Assembly: GCA_947589515.1 (NCBI GenBank)
Contig: CANQBE010000002.1
Span: 114 to 64,113, forward strand
DNA: 64,000 nt
Source of the DNA: an uncultured Bacilli bacterium
Lineage (GTDB): Bacteria; Bacillota_I; Bacilli_A; RF39; UBA660
Direction of reading: 5' to 3'
In this document: positions 30,424-41,580 of the stretch, piece by piece
How the letters are laid out: the number at the start of each line of letters is the position of its first letter
Position numbering within the stretch: the first letter of the stretch is position 1
The notes under the pieces: model-generated
What the model was told of the DNA's origin: nothing
What the model saw: only the letters and a program-made list of their open reading frames with translations
Database searches by the model: none
Translations under genes and position numbers: made by a program

Positions 30424-32964
30424 ATGAAGAAGACATTAAAATTAGAAAACCACACAACAAAACAAACCCACATTCATATACTATTATTAATATTAATAGC
30501 TCTCATACAAGTACTACTAATTACCAGGTTTCAATTTATTTTTGGTTCCAATGTCGATTGGATTAGACAACATATCACTTTTCCTACATATTTTCGTAAT
30601 CTTTTTTATCAAACAGGTAATATATTTCCAAATTTTGCGCCTCAACTAGGAGCAGGACAAAACATTTTCTATTTTGCGTACTATGGATTATATAATCCGA
30701 TTATCCTACTATCTTATTTATTGCCTTTAATTCCTATGGGAACCTACATTATGATCAGTAGTATTTTAGTAGTGATTATCTCCATTATCCTATTCTATTT
30801 ATTCTTAAGGAAAAATAATATCAATTCTACGATCTGTTTCATTACCTCTTTATTCTTTTTATTTTCGAATAGTTTTATGTTTCAAGCTCACCGACATATT
30901 ATGTTCGTTAGTTATATGCCATTTTTAATACTAGCATTAATGGGAGTCATTCGCTATATTGAAAAAAAGAAAAGTATTTTTCTCATCGTAAATATTTGTT
31001 TCATTATTTTAACAAGTTATTACTATAGCATTGGTAGTTTAATTACGATTATTTTATATGGACTATATTATTTTTTACAAAAATATTCTAATGATTCTTG
31101 GAAAAGCATCATGAAAAAAATGGGTATATTTTTATGTCACATCTTATTAGGAATTATATTAGCAAGTATTCTCCTATTACCTGTAATGTACATTATCATT
31201 CATGGTAGAAATGCTACTTCCCTATCCTTCAATTTTCAACTATTCATTCCAAAGGTAAATATATATAATCTCATGTATGGTGTCTATGGTGTTGGTCTTA
31301 CATCAATTGCTTGGATAGCACTTCTTTATCAAATTATATTTGTAAAGAACAAGCAAAAAATAATTCCCATTCTATTAGGAATTATCATCACAATCCCCCT
31401 ATTTAATCAATTATTAAATGGTAACTTATATCAAAATGGAAAAGTATTTATTCCTTTTATGCCTTTATTTTTACTTTTTATTGCGAACATGATAAATGAT
31501 AGAAAAGATAATGAGATTACTTGGAAAAAATTTATTATTTTTGCAGTTATCATAACTTTTATTCTAATTGGATTTCAACAAGAAAATGTCTATATATATT
31601 TTTATTTAGAATGTTTACTTTCACTTTTTTTAATACATTGTTATCAAAAAAAGAAAAAATATCGATACTTAGTTCCAATGCTATTACTATCTGTGATTTC
31701 TGCTAATATCAATCATTTTCAAGATGATTTAATCACTATCTCTGAATATCAAACACTACTATCCAATCAAAAGAAAGAGATTATGGACAATATGAATCAT
31801 CATACACAATCAATTTATCGCTATCAAGATGAAATAAATAAATCCTATGCTCTAAATTTTTCTTATGGTAGTTTGGATTATCGAACTACAATTTATTCGT
31901 CGACTTCTAATTTAAATTATCGAAATTTTTTCTATCAAAAGTTCAACAATAATGATATTTACCGTAACTATCTTATGTTGAATCAAACAAATAATTTATT
32001 CTTTTTCAAATTTATGGGTATTCGATATTTATTAGCCAATGAGAATATTCCCTATGGTTATCAAAAAATAAAAGAATACGGAAATACGAACCTATACGAA
32101 AATAAAAATGTATATCCAATTGGTTGGGCAAGTAGCCATCTTTTAAACCAAAAAGAATATGAACAATTATCAAATACTGAAAAATTAGAAGCTTATTTAA
32201 ACCATATTATTATTTCTGGAAAAAGTCAAAATAAAAATCTAAATTTTGTAACTCAAAGTCTTAGTTTAGAGAATGATTTTGTCTATCAAAGTAGTAAAAA
32301 TGTAACTTATCAAAAACTAGAAAATGGTTATCAAATAGATAGTCAAAACGATGGAAAAATCATTTTAAATTTAAAACAACCTATAACCAATTCCGCATTA
32401 ATAATTCATTTTCAAATGGATAGTGTACCAAGTTGTAAAATGGGAGATAGCATTATCACCATCAATCAAATACAAAATAAATTAACTTGTCGAAGTTGGA
32501 AATATTATAATGATAACAGAACCTTTGATTATGTGATTTCAAGTCAACAAGAATTAAAAGAATTAGTAATCACTTTTAGTAAAGGAAACTATCAAATTTC
32601 CAATATTGAAATTGACGAAATCCCCTACTCTTTCTTTGATAACATGGAAGAAATTTCACCATTACAAATTGATTTTACCAAAACCAAAGGTGATTCATTA
32701 GAAGGAAAAATCCATGTGTTAGACGATGGTTATTTCATTTTTACAATTCCTTATGATGACGGTTTTACACTATTAGTAGATGGCAAACAAACACCAATCG
32801 AAATGGTAAATGAAGCTTTTATAGGATTCCCCATATCAGCAGGAAATCATGAAATCTCATTAGAATTTCGTGCTCCTTGGGCTGATTTAGGAAAAATAAT
32901 ATCGCTATGTGGATTGGGAGTAGTCATCTTACTTTCAATCTATGAGAAAAAGCATATAAACTAA
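30424..32964 (+). CDS. YfhO-family polytopic membrane protein (putative glycosyltransferase for cell-wall polymers)
   Basis: About 13 N-terminal TM helices, a large extracytoplasmic domain and a C-terminal TM, with a total length of about 850 aa matching the YfhO architecture. ATG 30424 follows GGTGA. Confidence 0.7.
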   Translation: MKKTLKLENHTTKQTHIHILLLILIALIQVLLITRFQFIFGSNVDWIRQHITFPTYFRNLFYQTGNIFPNFAPQLGAGQNIFYFAYYGLYNPIILLSYLLPLIPMGTYIMISSILVVIISIILFYLFLRKNNINSTICFITSLFFLFSNSFMFQAHRHIMFVSYMPFLILALMGVIRYIEKKKSIFLIVNICFIILTSYYYSIGSLITIILYGLYYFLQKYSNDSWKSIMKKMGIFLCHILLGIILASILLLPVMYIIIHGRNATSLSFNFQLFIPKVNIYNLMYGVYGVGLTSIAWIALLYQIIFVKNKQKIIPILLGIIITIPLFNQLLNGNLYQNGKVFIPFMPLFLLFIANMINDRKDNEITWKKFIIFAVIITFILIGFQQENVYIYFYLECLLSLFLIHCYQKKKKYRYLVPMLLLSVISANINHFQDDLITISEYQTLLSNQKKEIMDNMNHHTQSIYRYQDEINKSYALNFSYGSLDYRTTIYSSTSNLNYRNFFYQKFNNNDIYRNYLMLNQTNNLFFFKFMGIRYLLANENIPYGYQKIKEYGNTNLYENKNVYPIGWASSHLLNQKEYEQLSNTEKLEAYLNHIIISGKSQNKNLNFVTQSLSLENDFVYQSSKNVTYQKLENGYQIDSQNDGKIILNLKQPITNSALIIHFQMDSVPSCKMGDSIITINQIQNKLTCRSWKYYNDNRTFDYVISSQQELKELVITFSKGNYQISNIEIDEIPYSFFDNMEEISPLQIDFTKTKGDSLEGKIHVLDDGYFIFTIPYDDGFTLLVDGKQTPIEMVNEAFIGFPISAGNHEISLEFRAPWADLGKIISLCGLGVVILLSIYEKKHIN

Positions 32965-32979
32965 TATATGCTTTTTTTA
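32949..32979 (+). terminator. terminator AAGCATATA-AACTAA-TATATGCTT followed by T5, overlapping the yfhO stop
   Basis: Perfect 9-bp stem plus a T-run. Confidence 0.6.
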
Positions 32980-33660
32980 ACGCAAATGAGAGTCATTTAA
33001 AATAATTTTCAAGATATCATTATTAATAGTATCAATTGAACGTAAGTGATCATCTTCTACACAATTAATCACATTCCAATTATATAAACCAGCAAGTTCC
33101 ACATATACTTTTTCGGCACACATTAAATGATGATCATCTTTTTCATTACCATCAAGAAATTCCCTATTTTTACGAAGTTCTTTAGAAATGTGAAAAGGAA
33201 CATGTAAAAAAATAGTAAGATCTGGTTTTGGTAATTCTAATAACCAATATTCTAATTTATCAATCCATTGAAATAATCGAAAACGCTCATCAGGATCTTC
33301 AATTTTAGCTCCTTGATGTGCCATATTAGAACTAACATAGCGATCTAAGATAACATAATATCCTTGCTTTAAATAATTTTCAATTTTAGGATAATTGTAT
33401 TTACGATCTGCGGCTAAATAAAGGCAAAACACTTTAGGATCGATATTAACAGGTCCCTCCGAAAAAAAACAAGTTCCATTTTCTTTTCTTCCTAATAAAG
33501 GACCACCAACAATTTGACCTGTAGGAGTATCATACATAGGAAAGGATAAACAAATAGTTTTGATTCCCATAGCATTTAATTTTTTTTCTAATAATTGACT
33601 TTGTGTTTGTTTTCCAGAACAATCAGTTCCCTCAATTACGATTAACTTACCTTTTTCCAT
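32977..33660 (-). CDS. thymidylate kinase-family protein (Tmk-like) with an atypical P-loop GTDCSGKQT
   Basis: IVIEGTDCSGKQTQ P-loop, DRY..S...AHQG and PDLTIFL motifs co-linear with Tmk. It contains Cys/Gln where canonical Tmk has Gly/Thr. Confidence 0.6.
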   Translation of the reverse strand: MEKGKLIVIEGTDCSGKQTQSQLLEKKLNAMGIKTICLSFPMYDTPTGQIVGGPLLGRKENGTCFFSEGPVNIDPKVFCLYLAADRKYNYPKIENYLKQGYYVILDRYVSSNMAHQGAKIEDPDERFRLFQWIDKLEYWLLELPKPDLTIFLHVPFHISKELRKNREFLDGNEKDDHHLMCAEKVYVELAGLYNWNVINCVEDDHLRSIDTINNDILKIILNDSHLR

Positions 33661-33668
33661 ATCATCAC

Positions 33669-34271
33669 CTAATCTATAATATCATTATCTTGAAAATGAA
33701 TATCTAAAAATTTTCGACTTGCTAGATAATCGCACATATGAACAAAATTCTGGTATTTATCTTTAGGAATAGGAAGAATCTCTTCTTTGGTATAGGGATG
33801 ACGATTCCAAGGTCCCATATGTGATTCAATGACCTTACAAATAAAATTGATATCCTCATCATTCATCTTTAATTGAGATTTATGTTCCTGTATAAATTTA
33901 CTCACTAGTAAAGGATGATCTACCCTAGTATAAGTTTCTTCAGGAATCCCATGTTTTAATCCATCATGCATAATTAGGGCTATTATCATTAAATCTTTTT
34001 CTCGCTGATTATATTTATCTCCAATACAAGAATCCGAAAGTAGTTCATAAGCCAATCGTGCAGCTACTTTTGTATGTCGCAGAAGTCCACCCTCCCCTAA
34101 AGCAAAATTTGGATGATATTTTCCTGTCGAAGAGGCAGCAACTTGAAAAAAATAATCTGGTAAAAGACTAATTAAAGTTTTTAAATCTTCTAAATATTCT
34201 GAAGTTTGGATATAATTCAACTCTTTTTCAAAAAAATGAATCTTATCTACTGTATCTAGCATATTAATCAC
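33669..34271 (-). CDS. HD-domain phosphohydrolase-family protein
   Basis: H...HD motif (KYHPN...IALIMHDGLKHG) and a downstream metal-ligand D; 200 aa. Confidence 0.6.
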   Translation of the reverse strand: MINMLDTVDKIHFFEKELNYIQTSEYLEDLKTLISLLPDYFFQVAASSTGKYHPNFALGEGGLLRHTKVAARLAYELLSDSCIGDKYNQREKDLMIIALIMHDGLKHGIPEETYTRVDHPLLVSKFIQEHKSQLKMNDEDINFICKVIESHMGPWNRHPYTKEEILPIPKDKYQNFVHMCDYLASRKFLDIHFQDNDIID

Positions 34272-34328
34272 TACTCCTCATTATCACTAATACTATTATA
34301 ATATATGAACATCTGTTTGACAAGAAAT

Positions 34329-35426
34329 TCAGACAAATTTAACTAAAATTTCATTTAAAACATACCAATATTTTGGATTAATAAAATAGGAATCTTCCGT
34401 TTCAATCAAAATATGTTCATCGACCAAATCAGAAACAGAAAAATATTCTACAAAGTTAGAGTCAGAGATTTCTTTCCATTTCTTTTTGGAAACACCATAA
34501 ATCGTACGTAATCCTAAAATAGCTTGATTGGATGCTATTAAAATAGGATTCATATTCTCCGTCTCACTGATAAAATTACCAGATAAATACTGATTAAAAT
34601 TCTTAGTATTTGTATAACGAATATTTCCTATATAACCACTAGCACCAAGTCCAAAGCCATAATACTTTTCATTTTTCCAATAAGTTAAATTATGCTTTGA
34701 TTCATAACCAGGTAATGCATAATTGCTAATTTCATAATGTTGATAGCCATGTTTTGTTAATGTCGTATGAATCAGTTCATACATTTTACCATCTAATTCT
34801 TCCGAAATAGGCATTATTTTTTGAATTCCTAACTTAGTATGTGGCTCAATCATGAGTGAATAAGTAGAAATATGAGGAATCTGTAATGATAAAAAGGTTT
34901 TTAATTCTTTTTCAAGAACTTCTAAAGTTTGTCCTGGTACAGCATAAATCAAATCAATATTAATGTTAGAAAAATATTTTTTGGCTAAAGTTAAATTTGC
35001 TAATATTTGGTCTAAAGATATATTTCTATCTAAAAAAGATAAAATGTTGGTATCAAAAGATTGAATACCGATACTTAAACGATTCACTCTATGTTTTAAA
35101 AATAAAATCAACTTCTCTTCCGTAAGATCTTGAATGTTACATTCAACCGTAAATTCTAATTTAGAACTAACAGAAATAGAATCCAACATGGCAAAAAGTT
35201 CGTTTAATTCCAAAATGGATAAAGAAGAAGGTGTTCCTCCACCAATATAAATGGTATCAACTACCTCATTTTTATAATTCTTATGAATTTCTAAAGATAA
35301 AGCTTTTAAATACCGACTAACGGAATCCTGGTGATAGTAAAACTTACAAAAATCACAGTAACTACAAATGTTTTTACAAAATGGAATATGAATATAAATA
35401 GAATGGATATTATTTTGAGTTATCAC
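34329..35426 (-). CDS. hemW: radical SAM heme chaperone HemW (HemN-like oxygen-independent coproporphyrinogen III oxidase family)
   Basis: CxxxCxxC radical SAM motif (HIPFCKNICSYCDFC), GGGTPS, and the conserved position downstream of lepA. Confidence 0.85.
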   Translation of the reverse strand: MITQNNIHSIYIHIPFCKNICSYCDFCKFYYHQDSVSRYLKALSLEIHKNYKNEVVDTIYIGGGTPSSLSILELNELFAMLDSISVSSKLEFTVECNIQDLTEEKLILFLKHRVNRLSIGIQSFDTNILSFLDRNISLDQILANLTLAKKYFSNINIDLIYAVPGQTLEVLEKELKTFLSLQIPHISTYSLMIEPHTKLGIQKIMPISEELDGKMYELIHTTLTKHGYQHYEISNYALPGYESKHNLTYWKNEKYYGFGLGASGYIGNIRYTNTKNFNQYLSGNFISETENMNPILIASNQAILGLRTIYGVSKKKWKEISDSNFVEYFSVSDLVDEHILIETEDSYFINPKYWYVLNEILVKFV

Positions 35427-35464
35427 AAATTTATAATTTCCTTTCCCAAATAAACTAAATGGAT

Positions 35465-37282
35465 CTACTTGTCATAAGCATCATCCATCTTTAATACTGC
35501 TAAAAATGCTTCTTGTGGAACTTCTACTCTTCCGATTTGTTTCATTCTCTTTTTACCTTCTTTTTGTTTTTCTAATAATTTTCTTTTTCTGGTAATATCT
35601 CCACCATAACATTTCGCAAGAACATTTTTACGAAGAGCCTTAATATCAGTACGAGCAATGACATGATTTCCAATAGATGCTTGAATGGGTACTTCAAACA
35701 TTTGCCTTGGAATTAATTCTTTTAAGGCTTCCACTACTATTTTTCCTCGATTATAAGCAAAATCTTTATGCACGATCACACTGAAAGCATCTACAATTTC
35801 TCCATTTAATAAAATATCCATTTTTACTAAATTACTTTCTTTATAACCAATGAATTCATAATCAAAAGAAGCATACCCTTTGGTATATGATTTTAACTTA
35901 TCAAAAAAATCGTACACAATTTCTGATAAAGGAATTTCATAATGAATATTCACTCTGGTTTGATCTAAATATTCCATAGAAAGATAAGTTCCTCTTTTAT
36001 TTTGGCAAAGTTCCATAATAGGACCAATATATTCACTAGGAGTAAAAATATTAGTTTTAATATAAGGTTCTTTCATTTTTAAGATTTTTTGTCGATCTGG
36101 TAAGTTACATGGAGAGTCAATCATTTGTATCGTATAATCCGTTAATTCCACCTCATAAATAACACTTGGAGAAGTAGCAATAATTTCAATTCCAAATTCT
36201 CTTTCAATTCTCTCTTCAATAATTTCCATATGAAGTAATCCAAGAAAACCACATCGAAAACCAAATCCTAAAGCCTGAGAAGTTTCTGGTTCAAATTCCA
36301 AAGAAGCATCATTTAATTTTAATTTATTTAAAGCATCACGCAAATCTTCAAATTTATTAGTTTCAATTGGATAGATACCACAGAAAACCATGGATTTCAT
36401 TGGTTGGTACCCTGGTAAAGGTGTACTAGCAGGATATAAATGATTTGTAATCGTATCTCCTACTTTTACTTGAGAAATATCTTTAATACTTGCAGCAAGA
36501 AAACCAACATCTCCAGCTTCCAAACTTTCTTTTTTTACTTCTTTGGGAGTCATTACCCCTAATTCTGTAACTTCATAAGTAGCACCTGTTTCCATAAAAC
36601 GAACAGTATCTCCTTTTTTTAGCATTCCTTCTTTGACTCTACAAGAAATAACGACACCACGATAAGAATCAAAAAAACTATCAAAGATTAATGCTTGTAA
36701 AGGATTTTTTTTATCTCCTTTAGGATGGGGAATTCTTTCTATAATAGCAGTTAATAATTCAGAAATACCAACACCAGTTTTGGCACTAGTAAAGATAAAT
36801 TCATCTGGATGAAAACCTATATTATCAATTAATTCCTGTTTTACTTTTTCAGGATTGGCATTTGGTAAATCAATTTTATTAATAACCGGAATAATCGTTA
36901 AATCATGTTCTAAAGCAAGATAAAGATTAGCAAGAGTTTGTGCTTCAATTCCTTGTGCAGCATCAACAACGAGTAAAGCACCTTCACAAGCAGCTAAACT
37001 ACGACTCACTTCATAAGAAAAATCTACATGCCCTGGGGTATCAATCAAATGAAGAACATAATCTTGATCGTGATAATGATAATGCAATTCAACAGCATTT
37101 AATTTAATCGTAATACCTCTTTCACGTTCAATATCCATAGAATCCAAAGTTTGTTCCACTAATTCTCTTTTTTCTAATGCACCAGTTTCTTCAAGCAAAC
37201 GATCTGCCAAAGTACTTTTTCCATGATCGATATGAGCAATTATACAAAAATTTCGGATGTTTTCCTGTTTCATCACTATCAC
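35465..37282 (-). CDS. lepA: elongation factor 4 (LepA)
   Basis: [22 protein letters not shown]1 motif, [13 protein letters not shown], and a LepA-specific C-terminal domain. The true start is probably the MKQ three codons in. Confidence 0.95.
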   Translation of the reverse strand: MIVMKQENIRNFCIIAHIDHGKSTLADRLLEETGALEKRELVEQTLDSMDIERERGITIKLNAVELHYHYHDQDYVLHLIDTPGHVDFSYEVSRSLAACEGALLVVDAAQGIEAQTLANLYLALEHDLTIIPVINKIDLPNANPEKVKQELIDNIGFHPDEFIFTSAKTGVGISELLTAIIERIPHPKGDKKNPLQALIFDSFFDSYRGVVISCRVKEGMLKKGDTVRFMETGATYEVTELGVMTPKEVKKESLEAGDVGFLAASIKDISQVKVGDTITNHLYPASTPLPGYQPMKSMVFCGIYPIETNKFEDLRDALNKLKLNDASLEFEPETSQALGFGFRCGFLGLLHMEIIEERIEREFGIEIIATSPSVIYEVELTDYTIQMIDSPCNLPDRQKILKMKEPYIKTNIFTPSEYIGPIMELCQNKRGTYLSMEYLDQTRVNIHYEIPLSEIVYDFFDKLKSYTKGYASFDYEFIGYKESNLVKMDILLNGEIVDAFSVIVHKDFAYNRGKIVVEALKELIPRQMFEVPIQASIGNHVIARTDIKALRKNVLAKCYGGDITRKRKLLEKQKEGKKRMKQIGRVEVPQEAFLAVLKMDDAYDK

Positions 37283-37333
37283 ATACTTTCTGAGAAATAT
37301 TATAACAAAAAAAGAAAAAAGTAGCCAATTCTT

Positions 37334-38083
37334 TTAAAGAAATAAAGTAATTACAAGCATAAAGATACCTAAAGCAATTCCTAATACCGTAATTTTACGA
37401 TCTTGATGATAGAGAATTTTAGGTAGTAATTCCATAATTAAAATATAAAATAACATTCCAATAGTAATGACTAAAGAAATACTTTCTAGTAATCGAATGA
37501 TATTAGATAAATGGAACAAAAAGATAAATAATCCTCCAACAAACGTAGAAAGTGAAATACCTAAGATAATGAAAATCGTATTTCTTTTACTATGATTTGC
37601 CTTATAAAAAGTAGAAGCAATCACCATTCCAAGTGGAATATTATGGAGTCCAACACCAATACAAGCCAAAAGACCTGCTTTGATATCAGAAGTTACTAAT
37701 AAATAAATAGCCATACCTTCCACGATATTATGAATGACTAACGCAATACTTGCAACAAGACCAATATGTTTTAGATTTCTGTCATCATCTAAATGAGTAC
37801 TAGGATTATCTTCGTGATCAGGCACAAAATAATCTAGTATTTTTAATAATAAAAAACCAATACTAGCACCAATGATAATATAGAAAACATTATATATTAA
37901 GTTACCACTACCAATCGTCTCATAAGCTTCTGGTAATAAATCTGCAAAGATAAGCATTAAAATGACACCAAAAGCAAGACTAATCGAAAATTGAATAAAT
38001 TTATCATTATTTTTAGTAAGAAATACAATTCCAGCACCTAATAAAACAAATAATCCTAAAACAAGTGTAACCAATAGTCCCAT
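37334..38083 (-). CDS. ZIP-family metal cation transporter (ZupT-like)
   Basis: Eight TM helices with HNIVEGMAIY and HNIPLGMVIA metal-binding motifs. Confidence 0.75.
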   Translation of the reverse strand: MGLLVTLVLGLFVLLGAGIVFLTKNNDKFIQFSISLAFGVILMLIFADLLPEAYETIGSGNLIYNVFYIIIGASIGFLLLKILDYFVPDHEDNPSTHLDDDRNLKHIGLVASIALVIHNIVEGMAIYLLVTSDIKAGLLACIGVGLHNIPLGMVIASTFYKANHSKRNTIFIILGISLSTFVGGLFIFLFHLSNIIRLLESISLVITIGMLFYILIMELLPKILYHQDRKITVLGIALGIFMLVITLFL

Positions 38084-38092
38084 AAACTCACC

Positions 38093-38908
38093 CTATCTTA
38101 TTAAAGTATAAATAATAACGATAACTCCTAAAAGAACACGATACCACATAAATAATTGAAAATCATGTTTTTTAATATATCGAAGTAAAAATTCAATACA
38201 CCAAAGACCTGATAGAAAGGCAACCCCTACCCCAACGATGAAAATACTTAAATGACTAGAAATAGCCGCCAAAGTTGTGGCATCGAAAATAGAAAGAACA
38301 ACTGCTCCCAGTACAACAGGTGCAGATAAGTAAAAAGAAAATTTTGCAGCATCTTCTCGATTTAATTTTAAACCTCTAGCAGCAGCAATCGTTGTTCCAC
38401 TTCTAGAAAAACCAGGAATTAAAGCAAATACTTGACTGCAACCAATTAAAAGTGCTTCTTTCAAAGACATCTTTGAAAAATCTTTTTCTTGTTTAGACTT
38501 TTTATCTACAAAATAAATAATAACACCCATGATAATTAAAGCTATACCAATTAAAATATAATTTGTACGAATGGCTTCTTCGATTACATCTTCAAATAAT
38601 ACCCCTACGATAGCAGCGGGAATCGTAGCAACCACAATATACCAAAATAATTTTCCATCTTTAGTTTTAGTACCTTTTGTCAAACCAGAAATTACCATAT
38701 TCCAAAAATCTTTAAAAAAGTAAATAGCAATTGCTAGTAATGTACCAAAATGTAACGCGATATCAAAAGCAAGTGCTAAATCCCCACTGACACTACTAGC
38801 ACCAATTCCAAATAAATCACGAAAAATAATTAAATGAGCACTAGAAGAAATAGGCAAAAATTCTGCTATTCCTTGTATAATTGCTAAAATAATAACACCA
38901 ATATCCAT
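38093..38908 (-). CDS. uppP: undecaprenyl-diphosphatase UppP (BacA)
   Basis: SSSAHLI, GFSRSGTTIAAA and a polytopic profile of 271 aa. Confidence 0.9.
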   Translation of the reverse strand: MDIGVIILAIIQGIAEFLPISSSAHLIIFRDLFGIGASSVSGDLALAFDIALHFGTLLAIAIYFFKDFWNMVISGLTKGTKTKDGKLFWYIVVATIPAAIVGVLFEDVIEEAIRTNYILIGIALIIMGVIIYFVDKKSKQEKDFSKMSLKEALLIGCSQVFALIPGFSRSGTTIAAARGLKLNREDAAKFSFYLSAPVVLGAVVLSIFDATTLAAISSHLSIFIVGVGVAFLSGLWCIEFLLRYIKKHDFQLFMWYRVLLGVIVIIYTLIR

Positions 38909-38909
38909 A

Positions 38910-39776
38910 TTACTTCTCTCCTAACTGATAACCGATTCCAATACCAAGAACTAAAAAGATTATTCCAATGATGATTTGGGGTACTGTAAAAGTAATAGCA
39001 CCTAAATCATGATATACAGAAACGGGAATTGCGATAATACTCGCAATAATAAATCCAACTACTCCAAAATAAGTTTTCTTTTCATATTTTTTTAATAACC
39101 ATTCAATCAATTTGGCAACTAATACAATTCCTAACAATACTCCAATTCCAAAAAAGAATAAAATAAAGATATTAGGAAATAAATATTCAAAATGTGTAAT
39201 TTCTTTAATAACATTAATAATTGGAAAATAATATCCTAATAGCATAAGTACTAAAGATCCACTAACTCCTGGAATAACCATAGTTGCCGCTGCAATCATT
39301 CCGATAAATGATAATCCAAAATATCCTAAAATACTTAAATTATCAAAACTAGCATCCCCTAATCCATTTCCAAATAGTTCATTCGAAAAGGCTAGTATCA
39401 TAACAAAAGCAAAGGTAAAAAATAAGATAACATAACTAGAAACCTTTTTCATTTCGTTAGAACCCTTAATTTTGGAAAATAACATAGGAATTCCACCAAT
39501 CACTAATCCCATAAAGAAAAGCGTTGTAGGAATCGGAAATCGTTCAAAACTAGTCGTAATCACACTACTCATGGTTAGAAGAGATAATCCAATCCCAATG
39601 AAAATAGGAAGTAAAAATTTAATATTTTCTTTCAAATTGGAAAATAAGTGGCTAATAGCACTAATAAAGTTTTCATAAATTCCTAAAGTTAAAGCAAGTG
39701 TTCCACCACTAACCCCAGGAATAATATTAGCAATTCCCATAATAAAACCTTTAATGACTAAAATAACATTTTTCAT
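38910..39776 (-). CDS. DUF368-family polytopic membrane protein
   Basis: Repeated PGVSGGTLAL / PGVSGSLVLM motifs typical of DUF368, and the commonly observed position next to uppP. Confidence 0.7.
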   Translation of the reverse strand: MKNVILVIKGFIMGIANIIPGVSGGTLALTLGIYENFISAISHLFSNLKENIKFLLPIFIGIGLSLLTMSSVITTSFERFPIPTTLFFMGLVIGGIPMLFSKIKGSNEMKKVSSYVILFFTFAFVMILAFSNELFGNGLGDASFDNLSILGYFGLSFIGMIAAATMVIPGVSGSLVLMLLGYYFPIINVIKEITHFEYLFPNIFILFFFGIGVLLGIVLVAKLIEWLLKKYEKKTYFGVVGFIIASIIAIPVSVYHDLGAITFTVPQIIIGIIFLVLGIGIGYQLGEK

Positions 39777-39832
39777 AAATTCTCCTTTTTAACTATTATA
39801 TCATATGGATTTTCTATCATAAATATTTCTAT

Positions 39833-41449
39833 CTAACGAATAACATCCATAATAGCTGGCACAATTTGTTTTTTTCTAGAAACAACGCCATCAATATACT
39901 GTCCTTGTTCAATATCTAAAAGATTAAACGCATCTTCAATAATTTCTTGAGAATGATTCGTATATAATAAATAACTACCATTGCGAAGAATATCGGTAAT
40001 GACTAATAAAACCAATCGAAAGCCGCGATTTTGAGCAAGTTGATTAATATAAGTAACATAATCATTTTTATGTTCAAATACAGAATCGATATCTAAAGTA
40101 AAGACTTGACTAATTGCAAAACTAATATCTGCATTTGCAAATGTTTTAATATCAGCATTTACTATTTCTTCGATAGTTTTACCTTGCAAAGAAGTTCCCG
40201 CTTTAAACATTTCTAAAGCATAATGATGATACTCTAGTTCCGCAATCAGAGATAGTGCTTTTACTGCTGTTTTATCTAACTCGGTTGTAGTAGGACTAGT
40301 AAGAGAAAGCGTATCTGATAAAATTCCTGATAACATTAATCCAGCGATATCTTTAGGAATATCTATTTTATTTTCTAAATACATTTGATAAATAATGGTA
40401 TTAGTACTACCTACAGACATATTTCTAAAATTAATAGGATTTTTAGTAGAAATATTACCAATTTTATGATGATCGACGATTTCTATAATATCTGCTTCGT
40501 CTAATCCTTCGATACTTTGTTCTAATTCATTGTGATCTACTAAAATAATTTTTTTACGGTTTTTATCAGTAATATCTGTAATACGAATGAGTCCTTTACA
40601 AATTCCATTTTTACCGATAATAGGATAATTATTGTGTTTCAATTTACTAGTTTTTACGACAAAATCATCATAATAAGTATTTTCATCAAAAGTATAAGGC
40701 CGATCAAACGGAATCACATTTTTTAAATAATTAGATAAACCAATTACCTTTGTTGTATGGAAAGTATCATAAGATGTTCGAATAATATTGACATGATTTT
40801 GTTTAGCCATTTCTAAATGTTCTGCTTTGATTTCTCCATCACCAACAATAATTAATAATTTTACTTTGGAATAGATAGCATATTCAATCACACTATGACG
40901 ATCACCAACAATTAAGATATGATTGGAACATAAAGGAATGGTGTTAAGAATTGTTGTACTTCGATAGGAAGCCGCCAAAATTTCTCCATTAATTTCCTCA
41001 TCAAATTTTAAAATTTGTTCACCATGTAACGTTTCTAAAATATTTTGATAAGATGTGATTAATCGATCAAAATCACCATTAATTAAATCTTTCACAATGG
41101 TTTTGATAGTGACTAATCCAATAAACTTTTTATTATCATCAACAACAGGAATTCCTGTAATTCCTTTATCCATCATATATTGATAAGCTTGTCCAATAGA
41201 AATATTTTGATTGACATAATAATCTTTATGATAATCTAAATCTTTCAGTTGAAGTTTTACATCCTCTAATAAAATCGGAGCGGAAACTCCAAATTTTTTC
41301 AATACAAACTTAGTTTCATCATTAATTTCCCCAATCCTAGCTGGAACGGTATGCATTCCTAATTTATTTTTTAAATAAGATAAACTAATGGCACTAGTAA
41401 TAGAATCAGTATCTGGTTTTTGATGTCCACAAATATAAACTTTATCCAT
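39833..41449 (-). CDS. CBS-domain-containing family II (DHH/DHHA2) inorganic pyrophosphatase
   Basis: N-terminal DHH motif ICGHQKPDTDSITSAISLSYL, a CBS pair inserted in the middle, and a C-terminal DHHA2 region. ATG at 41449 follows GAGGT. Confidence 0.8.
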   Translation of the reverse strand: MDKVYICGHQKPDTDSITSAISLSYLKNKLGMHTVPARIGEINDETKFVLKKFGVSAPILLEDVKLQLKDLDYHKDYYVNQNISIGQAYQYMMDKGITGIPVVDDNKKFIGLVTIKTIVKDLINGDFDRLITSYQNILETLHGEQILKFDEEINGEILAASYRSTTILNTIPLCSNHILIVGDRHSVIEYAIYSKVKLLIIVGDGEIKAEHLEMAKQNHVNIIRTSYDTFHTTKVIGLSNYLKNVIPFDRPYTFDENTYYDDFVVKTSKLKHNNYPIIGKNGICKGLIRITDITDKNRKKIILVDHNELEQSIEGLDEADIIEIVDHHKIGNISTKNPINFRNMSVGSTNTIIYQMYLENKIDIPKDIAGLMLSGILSDTLSLTSPTTTELDKTAVKALSLIAELEYHHYALEMFKAGTSLQGKTIEEIVNADIKTFANADISFAISQVFTLDIDSVFEHKNDYVTYINQLAQNRGFRLVLLVITDILRNGSYLLYTNHSQEIIEDAFNLLDIEQGQYIDGVVSRKKQIVPAIMDVIR

Positions 41450-41544
41450 GATTTCTACCTCAATTCTAAATAACATCACACTATTATTAAATTATACAAT
41501 AATTTACAAAAATTAACAATTCCTAAAATAGAAAATTTTGTCAA

Positions 41545-41580
41545 GTAAAAAGCTAGTTATGCAACACTAGCTTCTTTTTT
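41545..41580 (-). terminator. terminator hairpin AGCTAGT-8 nt-ACTAGCT with flanking T/A runs after pheT
   Basis: Stem-loop immediately after the pheT stop, with a T-run on the minus strand. Confidence 0.5.

Noticed and set aside
31521-31706. 61-aa plus-strand alternative-frame ORF inside the yfhO-like gene
   Set aside because: Internal alternative frame of a long membrane-protein gene.
39472-39678. 68-aa plus-strand ORF inside the DUF368 gene
   Set aside because: Antisense to a membrane-protein gene.
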